Source of the DNA: Octopus sinensis | Lineage: Eukaryota | Reading direction: 5' to 3' | Length of the DNA stretch: 64,000 nt | Assembly: GCF_006345805.1 (NCBI RefSeq) | Contig: NC_042999.1 | Coordinates: forward strand, 133,176,001 to 133,240,000 | In this document: piece after piece, positions 1 to 13,638 of the stretch | Position numbering within the stretch: position 1 is the first letter of the stretch | How the letters are laid out: each line of letters begins with the position of its first letter | Program-made: the position numbers and the translations under genes | The notes under the pieces: generated by a model | Databases searched by the model: none | What the model was told of the DNA's origin: nothing | Seen by the model: the letters and a program-made list of their open reading frames with translations, nothing else

Positions 1-2154
1 CAAGATATACATTATCTTTAACTTGCAGAGTAGCCACTACACATTGGCTTTTCGGAGAGTACAGTATTGTGCTAAATGATACAACTGAGTGTAGTTTGAG
101 AAGCTATGCGTGTTGTTTTTGTTTTTACGGGAATCTGAAGGGGTGAACTATTCGCAGATATTGCAGAAAATATCTGGTGAATTGATGCAGTCACTAGACA
201 TTATAAAGAAAAATATATTTTAGATTTAACATTTAAGTCAATATAAGGTAAACATTTTAATTTATTATTTACTTGTTATACAAAAAGGAAAAGTAATGTC
301 TCCGTATAACTTGACAACCTGATGTTATAGAGATGAATAAAAAAAAAAACTCAATGACTCATTATTTTTCATATATATTCAGAAAAAAGATACCATACAG
401 CTAATAAAATTAATCATGCAGTTCAGTGTAATTCTTAACAAAAACACATTTTAGATGTGGGCATATTCGAATATATCGATCGAATAAAGGTCTTATGTAA
501 AATTTTCCAAGGAGGAATTTGAACCTAAATCAGTAGCACAAGGATTTTATCTGTTGTCTACATTTATAATCTCCAGTTGTTTTCAAAATTATTGAAAATA
601 AAATGTGCTCTAGGCGTGTTCATTACATTCTATTGTAGTTCATGTCCAACATTGTACATGAGCTACAATATATATTTAAGTATATAAGTTCTTTTATATT
701 TAAGTTCCGGAGTATCATTTGATGGAGATTGTAGTGTTATTTCTGGCTCAGAGCACTCCTGTATTGAGGCTCGTCGAGTTATTGCCAGAGAGTACTAGAA
801 TCTTATAGGATTTGTTTAAAACCCTTCTTACATACATAGTTTAAATGTGTCCTCAAATAAACTAAAAATACAGAAATTTCATTATACACTCAACATATAT
901 AATAAAATATCCTGCTTCTGACAATAACTATTTAACAGTTACCTTCAGGCATATCATATTCGATTAAAACACATTTCCTTCAATATCAATATTATATTCG
1001 TTATACAATCTCCCAAGCTACTTTAAAATATTTTTATATTATCTATGTTTAAAAATATTCTTTGAATTAATAGTATAAAAGAGTTGATTTATAACAAGAA
1101 ACCAAAGCTACTTCATTACAATTAAGATAACAAAAACAATGAAGGATTAAATATAAAACAATAAAAAGGTAATATTTATCCCTACTTAAACATGTATGGT
1201 TTATTAACTCAAACTATACTACGGTAGCGACGTTGAGAAAAACTCTCATGTCAGCTTTTTTGGTGCAAAATACACTCGCTTGAAGGGAGATAAATCCCTG
1301 CAACCTAAGCACAGAGATCAAATCATGTGATTTCGACATTGACTGGGCATGTCAGTGATGGACACTTGACTGTTAGAAGCTGCAGCGATTCATACCCCCA
1401 TCAGTGATATATAGTTTGGCAGTGCCAGAACAGGCACTGGTGTCTTGATTAGCCATTTAGCTTGTTAAAAAAATATATATATTAGAAACATAGGCAGTAT
1501 TAATACTGGGAGTAATATTTATCTCCACTTAAATGTGGGTGTTCTATTAGAACAAACTGTACCATGAGAGAAACTCTGACATAGGCTTTTTGATGCAAAA
1601 AAGCACCCTTGGATAATTCTTTCACTTCTAGACTGTATTTGCAAAGGACTTGTAAGCTGGTTACTTTCTTTGACAACTCAATTTTTCTTCTTTTTTTTTT
1701 TTTGAGATTTCTACTAAAGACATTTACTAACAAGGCGAATGTACCATTTACTGGTATACTCGTGAATGTTTAGCATGCATATAAAAGTTGAAGGTCTCAA
1801 AGTAGCTGTCTGTAAATATTTTCTTTCTCACTAATTTTGAATATGTTCAGATTTACCAGAAAACTGATCTCTGTGCTTAGACGTATGTCGTTTTCCACTT
1901 TATGTTAAAGAATATCTGAGTTTCAGACTGTTCTTGTAGTTTCATTTTCTTATTTCATCATTATCTTTAAAACTAATATTTTCATTATTTTGTTTATGTG
2001 ATTTTTATATCCTTTATAAATATAGGGCAATATGTTTGTTATTATAGTGTGATGTTAGAATTATTGCAGCAGCTGTAAAAAATCCTTATTCGAAATACCA
2101 CCGCCATTGTTTGACTGCTGTTATTCTTTGAAATGCATATGCATATTTATAAGT

Positions 2155-2360
2155 GTATCTATCTATCTATATATATATATATCTACATATATATATATAT
2201 AGTATCACGCACTTTATACATGTTTATATATATGTGTGTGTATATATAGACATATATGTATGTAACCATATGTCTATATATATATATATATATATATACA
2301 TACATACATATGTATACACACACATACACACATATATATACATATGTGTATATATATAAA
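2155..2360. repeat. (TA)n/(CA)n compound microsatellite
   Basis: Directly visible dinucleotide arrays; source of the spurious Y/I/H/T ORFs. Confidence 0.95.
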
Positions 2361-2563
2361 TGTATGTGTATTTTTTCAATGTTTACAGTAAACACAGAAA
2401 AAATATATAAATAGTTACAAGGGTAGCAAAAATTCACATAAGTACCAAGGATGTAACAGCCTACTTAGAAAGGTAGAAACCCCAGGGTTTAGTGAAATGT
2501 TTTTGTATGACATAGATAAATAAATAAATGGAGTTAAACGCAGGTGATATTAAAATCTTTATA

Positions 2564-2650
2564 CTTTCGACATATGTTTCGAAGAAAACATTGGTATTAT
2601 TCCAGAAGGAATAAAATCATGTAAAACCATGCAATTTTCTCATCAGGGAG
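2564..2650 (-). ncRNA. Degenerate type I hammerhead ribozyme motif
   Basis: Minus strand: CTGATGA-gaaaattgcatgg...ccaatgttttcttc-GAAAC-atat-GTC. Intact core, palindromic stem III (ACATATGT), imperfect stems I and II. Confidence 0.6.
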
Positions 2651-3097
2651 AAAAAAGAGAAACAAAACGCATCAATAAGGCATTTTAACCGAATGTGATT
2701 ACTGCATATATGATGAAGGGAACCAATCTTTTTATCCATATATATATATAAACCAATCTTTTTGTCCATATATATATATATATATGAACAAGTCTTTTTA
2801 TCCTTCACTGCCGTGACATCTAGCAAGTGTTTAAGAGAGCAACTTTTTTCAGAAATCTGAGTTTTTTTATACCTGTATCGCCAAGTTTATAATTCTATAC
2901 AACGCACATTGTTTCAATTTCTATATTCTAACTTCTTGTTTATTATTTTTGTTGAAGTTTATTTTATTTATCAATTTTTTTTATTTAATCAATCAATTTA
3001 TTTACTTTATGTCATTTCTTTTTCGGGAGCACTAAAAATAAACCAATGTTTCGCCAATAAATGATAACAGTGAAATTGTTGTTACCACTGATTGTGA

Positions 3098-3230
3098 TTG
3101 ATGATGATGACGACGACGACGACGACGACGATGACGATGATGATTTTGAGGAGGAGGATTTTGATGACAACGACGACGACGACGACGATAATGATGATGA
3201 TCATGATGATGATGATAATGATGAAGATGA
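3098..3230. repeat. (GAT)n/(GAC)n trinucleotide repeat
   Basis: Visible array. Confidence 0.9.
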
Positions 3231-3279
3231 AGAAGGGTAGGGTGATTATGGTGATAGGAATCGTGCTGATGAAGATGTT

Positions 3280-3700
3280 TACTCTCTTTTACTCTCTTTT
3301 ACTTGTTTCAGTCATTTGACTGCGGCCATGCTGGAGCACCGCCTTTAGTCGAGCAACTCGACCCCGGGACTTATTCTTTTTTTGTAAGCCCAGTACTTAT
3401 TCTATCGGTCTCTTTTTGCCGAACCGCTAAGTGACGGGGACGTAAACACACCAGCATCGGTTGTCAAGCAATGCTAGGGAGACAAACACAGACACACAAA
3501 CAAACACACATACATATATATATATATACATATATACGACAGGCTTCTTTCAGTTTCCGTCTACCAAATCCACTCACAAGGCATTGGTCGGCCCGGGGCT
3601 ATAGCAGAAGACACTTGCCCAAGAGGCCACGCAGTGGGACTGAACCCGGAACCATGTGGTTGGTTAGCAAGCTACTTACCACACAGCCACTCCTGCGCCT
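3280..3700 (-). mobile_element. tRNA-headed SINE family A, full length, with internal (TA/CA)n
   Basis: Minus-strand head aggcgcaggagtggctgtgtggt...ggttcagtccc (A/B-box-like), then cttgggcaag (CORE-like) and a short-repeat 3' tail; more than 12 copies in the window. Confidence 0.85.
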
Positions 3701-4110
3701 GTTTGTGACGGTTGCAGCACGGATAGATGGTTGCAATGACGCTGTTTGTAGTAAAGAGTTAGCTTAATGAGGAAAATGGTGGTGTTAATGGTGGAGGGTG
3801 AGCGTGACTGATGCAGTGTTTAACGGATGGTCATAATGGTAATGGTGGTGATGATGATGGTGATGATGATGACTATGCGCTGGTGGAAATAGTGGTATGC
3901 CTTGAATCAGTTGAAGAAAATTGTGAAGAGAGAGAAAGGGAAGGACAGAGAGAGAGAGAGGGGGATGAAGAGAAGAGAGAAGTGGACAGAAAGAGAGAAA
4001 GAGAGACAGTGTGAGTATATGTGTCCGCTTTTAAGCTTTTAATTAATTAATTAATTTATTTTTTATAAACTATCAAAAAGTATTAAAAAGTTTAATATAA
4101 ACTAATAAGT

Positions 4111-4583
4111 AAAACCACTACGTACGTTTCATGGCCATAACCCAATTCGAATTACAATTAATTTAAATTCAATTAAAAATTCGAATTATAATTATAGTCA
4201 ATCTTCAGGTTAATGATAATAGTTAAATAAATAAGCAAATATATTTAAACAATATTTTTAAAAATATAAATAAAATAACAATTCTTCTAATAAAAATCTC
4301 TATTATCAAATTAGAAACTTTAAGTATTAGGATTATGTCATACAGGGAAAAATTAGACATAATCCTAATGGTTAAAGTTTTTAATTTGATAATAGAGTTT
4401 TTATTAGAAAAATTATTATTTTATTTATTTTTTAAAAAATATAGTTTAAATATATTTGCTTATCTATTTAACTATTATCATTAACCTGAAGATTGACTAT
4501 AATTAAAATTCGAATTTTTAATTGAATTTAAATTAATTGTAATTCGAATTGGGTTATGGCCATGAAACGTACGTAGTGGTTTT
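4111..4583. repeat. About 230-bp-arm inverted repeat (fold-back) with a hammerhead motif at each outer end
   Basis: 4111-4339 is the near-perfect reverse complement of 4356-4583; spacer 4340-4355. Confidence 0.9.
4483..4578 (+). ncRNA. Type I hammerhead motif with long stem II (mirror copy at about 4116-4211, minus strand)
   Basis: taac-CTGAAGA-ttgactataa...ttatggccat-GAAAC-gtac-GTA, followed by aataaa. Related to the 62385 motif; stem I is weak. Confidence 0.6.
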
Positions 4584-5104
4584 AATAAAAGAATGAGAAC
4601 GTTACTCCCAAAACGCCGTAATCATCAGATGAAACGCAATGTTACCCCTTTCTGGTCGATGTCTAGCAGTAAATGTGGTTTACAAATGTGATATTATAAT
4701 GGACACCAATACCTGTATCGGCTGCTCCATAAATCTTGAGGAGTGCTTACGTAACTACTATTCTTCCTTCAAATTAAGACATAGGGCCGGCAGGACTTCT
4801 CTAACCACGAAGATGTGGGAGCTCAAGGACATGTTAAATTTGAGTTGAAACATCATTAGAGTCGCTAAACTGTACTTAAACAGCAGATACGGGCGCACGC
4901 TTTGCTGCATGGAGCTGTTTGAAATTTCAAAGAGATCAAATAGTAAAATTTACTAAATGATAACCTAGACCTTCGTCTTTCCTGTATATATATGGCTACC
5001 CGCAAGTTTAAATGCTTTAAACAACCTCTATAATAGCTCCTAACCTCTATAATAGCTCCTAACCTAGGGCCAATCTAATTTATTCGCTCTATTATTGACC
5101 CAAT

Positions 5105-5386
5105 GTGGAGGCACATGGCCTAGTGGTTAGAGCAGCGGACTCGCGGTCGAAGGATCGCGGGTTCGAATCTCAGGCCGGGCGATGTGTGTGGTTATGAGCG
5201 AAACACCTAAGCTCCATGCAGCTCCGGCAGAAGGTAATGGCGAACTTCTGCTAATTCTTTCGCCACAACTTTCTCTCACTCTTTCCTCCTGCATCTTGCA
5301 GCTCACATGCGACGGACCGTCGTCCCGTCCAGATGGGGAACCTATACGCCTTATGAGCCAGGCATGGCTCGAGAAGGAACAAACAA
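5105..5386 (+). mobile_element. tRNA-headed SINE family C
   Basis: gtggaggcacatggcctagtggttag (A box)...ggttcgaatc (B box); imperfect TSD attattgacccaat/attattattccaat. Confidence 0.85.
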
Positions 5387-5861
5387 TTATTATTCCAATA
5401 GTCGATCTATCTGCCTATTTGTTTTTGAGTGCTTCTAGTCTGGTTTCCCTTTACTATTATTTTCTAACCGCTCTTAATATACTTGCATGGTATGCTATAT
5501 TGAAGCAACTAACCATTCTGTGGTGTACCCAGTATTATGCAATAGCGATAGGAAAGATATCTAACCTAGAAGTAGCATCCTGCACACCCTAGCCAGGTCT
5601 TTTCCAATGCTACTAGGTAAGTAATCCTTACACCAAGACACTTATTAGTGCTGCGCTGATTAAACGACAAATAGAACACACTATCCAAACCCCTTACCCG
5701 CGACTATTATCCGGAGTTGCTTTACCTGATTTACACGATGGAGATTATATTAATTAAATAAAATCATCGCCATCTGTTTCACATTCTATATTCTCATTAG
5801 ACTACTCCCTGCTACTGGCTTTCTTAAATATCCGATCTAGTCTTTCCTCTAACTTTGTATT

Positions 5862-6055
5862 ACTCTTTTACTTGTTTCAGTCATTTGACTGCGGCCATGC
5901 TGGAGCACCGCCTTTAGTCGAGCAAATCGACCTCGGGACTTATTCTTTGTAAGCCCATTACTTATTCTATCGGTCTCTTTTGCCGAACCGCTAAGTGACG
6001 GGGACGTAAACACACCAGCATCGGTTGTCAAGCAATGCTAGGGGGACAAACACAC
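5862..6055 (-). mobile_element. SINE family A, 3' half
   Basis: Near-identical to 3290-3490. Confidence 0.85.
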
Positions 6056-6639
6056 ATACACATACATATATATATATACATATTACGTTTAGTTTATTAT
6101 ACAACCTCTTCCTCCTTGATAAGTAGTACTCTACTATTACTACCAGCTTTTCCCTCTCCAGGAAAACATGTCCTAATATTACAAGTGATCCCGGACTGCT
6201 CCAAATGCATTTTCGTATATAAAACAACACCCTTCTTCTTTCCTCTTCACACTTCACACTTCACATTACAATTCCATAAAAGTTAGATCTTATTATTCGA
6301 TTGCCATCGTACCACCCCCTCCCCAACTTTCAACCAATATTCACAAAATACCCTTAAATTCTGTGTATCTCCGTCCTCCTGCCTTTGTCCTTTATTCTTA
6401 GCCAGTAAACTCTAAACCCTGACCCAATGGCTTGTATGCTTTTACTTTTCTTCACCCTTACTTTTGCTTTGTTCTTTTTATCTTTATCCTTAATTTATAT
6501 TATGTCATCTCCTTGCTACCCACTGCTCTAAGCCTACTATAATAAAATATCACCTACACCCCACACAAGCCTAAGAATCAGTCTAGCAGACACCTATCTC
6601 ACCCGGGTCGCTGAATTTAGATATCATATTACACACTTT

Positions 6640-6863
6640 CTATTTCTTTACTACCCACAAGGGGCTAAACAGAGAGAGGACAAACAAGGACAGACAAAGT
6701 CGATTATAACGACCCCAGTGCGTAACTGGTACTTATTTAATCGACCCCGAAAGGATGAAAGGCAAAGTCGACCTCGGCGGAATTTGAACTCAGAACGTAA
6801 CGGCAGACGAGATACGGCTACGCATTTCGCCCGGCGTGCTAACGATTCTGCCAGCTCGCCACC
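6640..6863 (-). mobile_element. SINE family B monomer (tail type 1)
   Basis: Head ggcgagctggcagaa...gagttcaaattcc, central gactttgcctttcatcctttcggggtcga block, tail ...gtgggtagtaaagaaatag. Confidence 0.85.
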
Positions 6864-7713
6864 TTCACGAACTTTGTTAGTCATTCTCCCATTTCATAGT
6901 TGGCGCCGACAGATTTCAGCCACATCCTTGCTGTATTATTGAGATATTCTTTGGTTTGTAAAATTGATTCATCGTATGATTACGGTTTTTTTGTAATGGA
7001 GTAATATTCTCATTCTTCTATTAAAAAGATGAGTAAGAAACAGCTGTAATGAGCTGACCAAATTATTTCACCTTTCACCTTAAAAGGAAGATAGGGTTGG
7101 AGAGAAAATGCCTGACGGTGAAAAATGTTTGAAAATCGATGGAAGAATGTAGCACGAATGTTGCGAGTGAATGTAACCCCGTGAATGCGACGCAGGATGT
7201 ATCTCAGGTATCAGTAGCGAGGCGGGGCTCGTGGGGGTCCGAATTGAACCCACCTTCCACTCCATCCGTAATGTCTTCCGGTCTATCCTATCATTCGATT
7301 TATTTATATTTTTGTGAATTTTTAATGTCATCTTTATGTTATATCCATCCGTCCATCTGACCCCAATCAGATTGTATTGTCCCTTATCTATATTGTCCCC
7401 TAGTGGGAAATTTTTTTAAAAAACCACTCTTTCATCGTATGTTATCAATCATCTAATTATAATACACCAAGGGGATTTACGACATGTCGGACACCTTAGA
7501 GTATACCAACAACGTACAATTCAACGTAACGCGTGATTTGGACCAGCTCCTAGGCGCTAATTACTCATACGGTTGATTTTCTATGTGTATGTAACCGGAA
7601 TATCCTATTTAATACGTACCAACCATCGGCCGGAATCACAGAGATTATCCAGCCCTACCTGGTGCATATCTTTTCAAGTACCTGATTCTATCTGAATCAT
7701 TATTTTACTATAT

Positions 7714-8117
7714 ACTCTTTCACTTGTTTCAGTCATGTCACTGCAGCCATGCTGGAGCACCGCCTTTAGTCGAGTAAATCGACCCCAGGACTTATTCTTT
7801 GTAATCCTAGTACTTATTCTATCGGTAACTTTTGCCGAACCGCTAAGTTACGGGGACGTAAACACACCAGCATCGGTTGTCAAGCGATGTTGGGGAACAA
7901 ACAGACACACACACATATATATATATACATATATACGACGGGCTTCTTTCAGTTTCCGTCTACCAAATGCACTCACAAGACTTTAGTCGGCTCGAGGCTA
8001 TAGTAGAAGACACTTGCACAAGTTGTCACGCAGTGGGACTGAACCCGGAACCGTGTGGTTGGTAAGCAAGCTACTTACCATACTTCTATGCCTATATACA
8101 CAGCCACTCCTGCGCCT
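7714..8117 (-). mobile_element. SINE family A, full length
   Basis: Aligns by eye with 3280-3700; followed by a long (TA)n/(TC)n array to about 8500. Confidence 0.85.
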
Positions 8118-8200
8118 GTATATATATATATATATAATTTAAATACATACATATGCATTATATATATAATTTATATACATGTATATATTTGCATATATAT

Positions 8201-8264
<64 letters not shown>

Positions 8265-8453
8265 TATATATATCTATATATACATATATATCTATATATA
8301 CATATACATATATATATCTATATATACATATATATACATATATCTATCTATATATACATATATATACATATATATATCTATATATACATATATATACATA
8401 TATATACATATATATATATATATACATATATATACATATATATATCTATATAT

Positions 8454-8501
<48 letters not shown>

Positions 8502-8739
8502 AGGAACCCCATGGTATACTACTAAGCAGTCAATGGTGTTAGAGAGCATAAAGATTAAAGCTGTAGTTGAGAAAAAGTTAATAGGAATGGAAGCCATTTC
8601 AATATTGGAAAAGAGTTACTTACATTATAATGATTCGCGCCGGTTGTCAAAATGCTGACATCATCACCCGTTGTTCAATACCCTGTTAACACTGAAGGCT
8701 GTATGACATCACATGGACACGACGAAAATCAAGTTTCCT

Positions 8740-8992
8740 AAAATGCTGTTGGCTTTTAGTGTGTCACTAGTGAGAGTGACCTAATGCCGCCCCCACATCC
8801 TTGAGTATGCATTTAGACTCAATTCAGACAACTATTTGAAGCTGGTGGAGGGTGTAGTGAAACCCTGGCTGGAGAGGGTAGCTGTTGGAAAGCCATACGT
8901 GTGATAGCAGGATTCGGCTTCGGGACGAATCAGAAGTGGTAATCAGAGAATTTCTATGATTTCCCTAGTCCTAGTGTGGCTTCTTAATTCCC
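8740..8992 (+). pseudogene. Tc1/mariner (maT/DD37D-like) transposase fragment
   Basis: Translates to ...SESDLMPPHILEYAFRLNSDNYLKLVEGVVKPWLERVAVGKPYV**QDSA...SENFYDF...WLLNS, a DDE-domain pattern with stops and frameshifts. Confidence 0.75.
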
Positions 8993-10029
8993 TCTATTAC
9001 GTCTGTCCCTCCAACATAATATCTCAGCCTGGTAGACATATTATCTCTTCCAACAAGAGTACCTGAACGTGGTATCTAAAATGTTGTAAATATCAGTGAA
9101 GTTTCCTACAAACAATCAAACAATGCCTTTATGTCTTATTTATGTTTATACATATGAACCAACAAGCGAGACTCCTGTTTATTAATTGGACGTCATTTAT
9201 AGCAGCCAACTCGCTGCTATATCCTAAAATGCCTGGGTAATTCTCTTAGTCTTTCAATATTTCGCAAATAATCGTTTATGAATATTTCGATAAGAATGAT
9301 ATCTATATTCTTAATTAAATTTATACAACTGTCATTAAATTATTCAGTAGGTCAATAAAATTGTAATAAACGAAATAAACTGCTGTATATTTGACCTTAC
9401 ACGCGACCTATCATTCTAGTGGGGCGTTAGGACAGAATTTTGTCTAAGATTAAACAATAGGAACAATATGGCCAACAGAGACGCTTTTTCAGATGTTTGT
9501 CCACTCTCTTCCACTTCCTCTGACTCTTTCTTATTCCTTCCTACTTCTTATATCTGCTATTATTCCTTCTATTTTAATTGCACCTTTCTGTTGTCCTTTC
9601 ATCCCAAAACATTCATGTTGAACACATGTTTTGATTTGTCAGCCTCTTTAGGTGTCTTTCGACCAACTCCTAATTTCATTTTCCTTCGCGCTATCCACCC
9701 CTCGTTTGTTTCCACATAAGTCGAAAGATGCATTTATTAAGATTTATTTCTCAATGTTCGTTTTTCCGCGTTGTTTAACTTTCGTCATATTTCTGTGTCT
9801 TCTATGTTTTAAATTGAAAGACATCATAGTAGCGTGTTTCATAACCTAATGATGTTTATAATCACTAATAATATCCATATAACCCGCCTACAATGCCAAA
9901 ACCGTTATGACTTAGAATAGCAACATGGCTGACAGAGGGAATTTTCCATGACCTTAGTCGTCCAGCTCTTCATTGTACTGGTTAGTGACACTGAAAATTG
10001 CAGTACTAACATTACTGATTCTACAACTG

Positions 10030-10154
10030 CTGCTGCTCCTCCCCTTCTTCCTCCCCTTCCTCCTCCCCTTCCTCCTATTCCTCTTCTTCCTCCTCCTACT
10101 CCTCCTACTCCTCCTCCTCTTCCTCCTCCTCCTCCTCCTCTCCTCCTCCTCCTC

Positions 10155-10198
<44 letters not shown>

Positions 10199-10215
10199 GC
10201 TACTACTACTACTAA
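10030..10215. repeat. (CCT)n/(TAC)n trinucleotide arrays, expanded SINE tail
   Basis: Visible array directly adjoining the 3' end of a SINE B copy. Confidence 0.9.
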
Positions 10216-10228
10216 TCATGATAATAAC

Positions 10229-10420
10229 AATCCTTTCTACTAAAGGCACAAGGCCTGAAATTGGGGAGAGGGGGTAGTCGATTACATCGACCCCAGTACT
10301 CAACTGGTATTTAATTTATTGACCCTGAAACGAAGAAAGGCAAAGTCGACCCCGGTGGAATTTGAACTAAGAACATAGCAAAGGGCGAAATACCACTAAG
10401 CAATTCGTCCAGCGTTGTTC
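10229..10420 (-). mobile_element. SINE family B (tail type 2)
   Basis: Family body plus tail ...ttcaggccttgtgcctttagtagaaagga. Confidence 0.8.
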
Positions 10421-11051
10421 GTATTAATATTATCGTACTAGAGACAAATGTAATTACTATAAATATTGGGTTTAACAGAATGACTCTAAACAACATAGAT
10501 TATAAATTATTCGGTGGTGGGGATGCAATTTCGATGCATACAACTGCGACTTGGAATGTTTTGATATATATTTTTTTCTTACATTGTCGTATTTTCATAT
10601 TTCCGACAAAGGTCATTTGTACTCTGGTTATAAAATATTCATGTCAGTCATACATATCTGAGACAATCATAAGTAGTGATGGCAGTTGTACCTTAACCAT
10701 TGAGACGGTATTTACAAATAGTTTACTTTTTAAAAACGGTTCATAGATGTACGACAAAGAGCAAAAAGCAAGTAAACTAGCAAATAGGGATACGAGCACG
10801 AAAAATATGTTTCCACTTCGACAGGAGCAGAGCGACTAGATTTCTGAAGCACTGAGATGGCTTTCGAAATACACCTCAAGTAGATGCTAGTAAATGATTG
10901 AAATGACATCTTATACGGGAGGCAGGGATTGGCTTGCGCTAATGATTATGAAGTTGCATGCAAGAACCTCTCAAAGTTGATCTTGCATCTTTACGTGTTG
11001 GCAAATATCGACTCAACTACACGAATCCGCTAACAGGTATCAACCACATAG

Positions 11052-11254
11052 TATGCAGGGGTAGCGATGCAAAAGTAGGTATATAGTAAGTATCATATGA
11101 ATGTTATAAATTAGCCTCATTTTTGATATTTTCAGTGTCATTAATCATAATAATACATTTATCATAATCATAATAATACTTTTATAAACATAAATGAGTA
11201 TTGTACATGATTTCTTTTCCCATAACTGTATACCTACTTTTGCACCACCCAGTA
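11052..11254. mobile_element. Tc1/mariner-type MITE
   Basis: TIRs tgcaaaagtaggtatatagt / actgtatacctacttttgca, TA-flanked. Confidence 0.65.
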
Positions 11255-11614
11255 TAAAAGCGGCATTTCTAGAAGAGTGGATAGAGATAGCGTGATTTGT
11301 CTACATTTCCGATTCGGTGTTTACAGAATTTTCAAGTTCATGATACGGGCTAAACGTAGATCGAAACATGAAGCTGAAGACTTTGTTTACGGCGGAGACG
11401 ACAAGGCAGAATTAACGAATTAATGAGGTGGGTTTTGACGATGCCAATCACAAATATTAGATGACAAGTAAGCCCGGAGAAGAAAATGAAGAAAATTAGT
11501 GCTGAATCTGTAAGCTGAATTAAGTAGCTAACTTACAAAAGAGTTCAGAGCCGAAGTGGTAGGGTCGAAAATGGCATTTGAACAATTCTACGACTCTAAA
11601 CACAAAAGCTACAC

Positions 11615-11890
11615 TCAGCGAGCTAAATCGCGTGTGTACAAAAGACTGGTGAGCGCTAAAGCCGCCAGATGATCCGAAGTAGCAGATGTACGATGTGACG
11701 ACTTACTAAAAACAAAATGAAAAGGGCGGATCACATAGGCCATGTAATACTTGAGTTCAAGGTGTGGGCTGCTTTTCTGCGGCACTTTACTGAGATGTTC
11801 GCGAGAAATGACAAACTGCAGACGGAGGTCTTCGATGTCCGCGTCGATTATTTGTCGCGAGCCTCTGCGTCGGAACAAACGGCATAGGAA
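11615..11890 (+). pseudogene. Possible highly decayed L1/Tx1-like LINE fragment
   Basis: GC-richer segment whose broken translation only loosely resembles the endonuclease-RT linker region; weak. Confidence 0.25.
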
Positions 11891-12154
11891 TTTGATTCAA
11901 CTTTTGAAAATAGCGATGATACATTAATTTGAAAGACATGTTGAAGCGTGGTAGTGTTATCCGTCCCGGTTCAGTCGCATAAACTTCAAAAGGCAAGAAA
12001 AAGAGAAGACAAACTAACTTGTGATAAATCTCTTGCGCTACTCTAAGTTCTGTGGCTAATTTTACTTTTCATTCTTCAGTAACCGATAAACTAGAATACC
12101 AGTGAAGTACTGCGGTTGATGTTATCGAAGCCCTAATCTTAAATTACTCGGCTT

Positions 12155-12197
<43 letters not shown>

Positions 12198-12354
12198 GAA
12201 GCAGCATTAGAGGTCATAATAGTTGTTGAATTTTGCTTTAGTTGGTTTTTGAAAGCACCTTCACACAAGAGAGCACATACTGTGAATAATCTTTCACTTC
12301 TCGTATGTAAAAATGAAGGGAAGGGGAGGGAAGATAGAATGATAGGATGAACTG

Positions 12355-12419
<65 letters not shown>

Positions 12420-12858
12420 ATATAATATATATATATATACAGAAATAGAAAAACAGATTGGAATAAAGTATCGAGGAATAGAGACGTAAAACAGAGAAGG
12501 AGCTCAGAATGTTTAATTATGTTTTGTTGGTTGAAGGTTCATTAGAATTAGTTTAAGGAGTCGAATATATAGATATAATATCAAATAAACTGAGCGATTA
12601 TAAAATCAAACGACGGAAAATACGCTATAAAGCAAAATAAAAATGACTGCCTTCAAAATATTGTGCACGTCGTGTTGCTGCCGATGTGTATGGTAACAGC
12701 TAAGTCTTGCTTATGTCATCTAAACAGAGCAAAAGTCAAGGAGTTACCAATGACGAGTGCAACTGACAATACTCCTTAAAACGTTGAGAGCTTTTGCTAC
12801 TATTCAACAAAAGGATACATATTCCATGAATACATGCATACATACGCACTTGCACACT

Positions 12859-12913
<55 letters not shown>

Positions 12914-12914
<1 letters not shown>

Positions 12915-13103
12915 ATACAAAATGGGACAAGAACGCAAAACATCCGGACAACTAGGTGATGCAAAAGGGAACAACAAAACTACCAGATAGACGATACAAA
13001 AAAAAAGACGGACGGATCATTCGAGGCCTTTTATCTTCAGTCAAGAACCGGATCATCCTCGCAATTTCGGCTGATTAATCTTGAGATTGCTCCGATCTGG
13101 CCA
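12914..13103 (-). mobile_element. Probable Penelope-like pLTR fragment abutting (TA)n
   Basis: T-rich tail ending in a TA array; contains CTGAAGA and cgaaat, but no complete hammerhead fold. Confidence 0.35.
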
Positions 13104-13578
13104 TACTTGAAATCAGAATATCTGAAATAAACTCGACTGCTCTCTCAAACAAGAATACTAAAAATGAACCCGAGCGCTCTCGTGGTATGTTCTTGAGAAC
13201 ACATTCTTCGTGGTAATGGCGATTTAACGTCTATGTTTAGCATATAGGGTGTCCACTTTAGTGGTCATTACTCTTAATTTTGTATATATATATATATATT
13301 CGCACATTCATACATACTTATATACATGAATGAATGCATGCATACTCAAGTACATTTGTACCAACATACACATACACACCTACATGTGCACATAGTGTGT
13401 ACTCATTATATGTGAGTGCGTGTGTCTGTATAGGCACGAATATATGTAAATAGATTTGCGATTAAACATGTGCATGCGTATATGTATATAAATGTGTGTG
13501 TATATGTGTGTATATATGTGTGTAGGAGTGAATCTGTGTATGTGTATGTAGGTACATATGTACTTAAGTGTACTGGAG

Positions 13579-13638
13579 TACATATGTACTTCAGTACATA
13601 TGAACTTCAGTACATATGGACTTCAGTACATATGTACA
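13579..13638. repeat. 16-bp minisatellite (tacatatgNacttcag) about x3.5
   Basis: Visible tandem units. Confidence 0.85.

Noticed and set aside
1255-1605. Telomerase RNA (aacctaa plus U-rich and A-rich tracts)
   Set aside because: No CTAACCCTAA template, and the order of elements does not fit a template-pseudoknot domain.
5105-5180. tRNA gene (also 63355-63427 and SINE A/B heads)
   Set aside because: A and B boxes are present, but the acceptor stem does not close and the sequence continues into a SINE body with TSDs.
9830-9910. Hammerhead-like tcataac/gttatga stem with ctaatga or gaaacacgcta
   Set aside because: Core is incomplete on both strands.
9905-10303. Gly/Arg-rich or Pro-rich protein ORFs
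   Set aside because: Pure (CCT)n/(TAC)n repeat adjoining a SINE tail.
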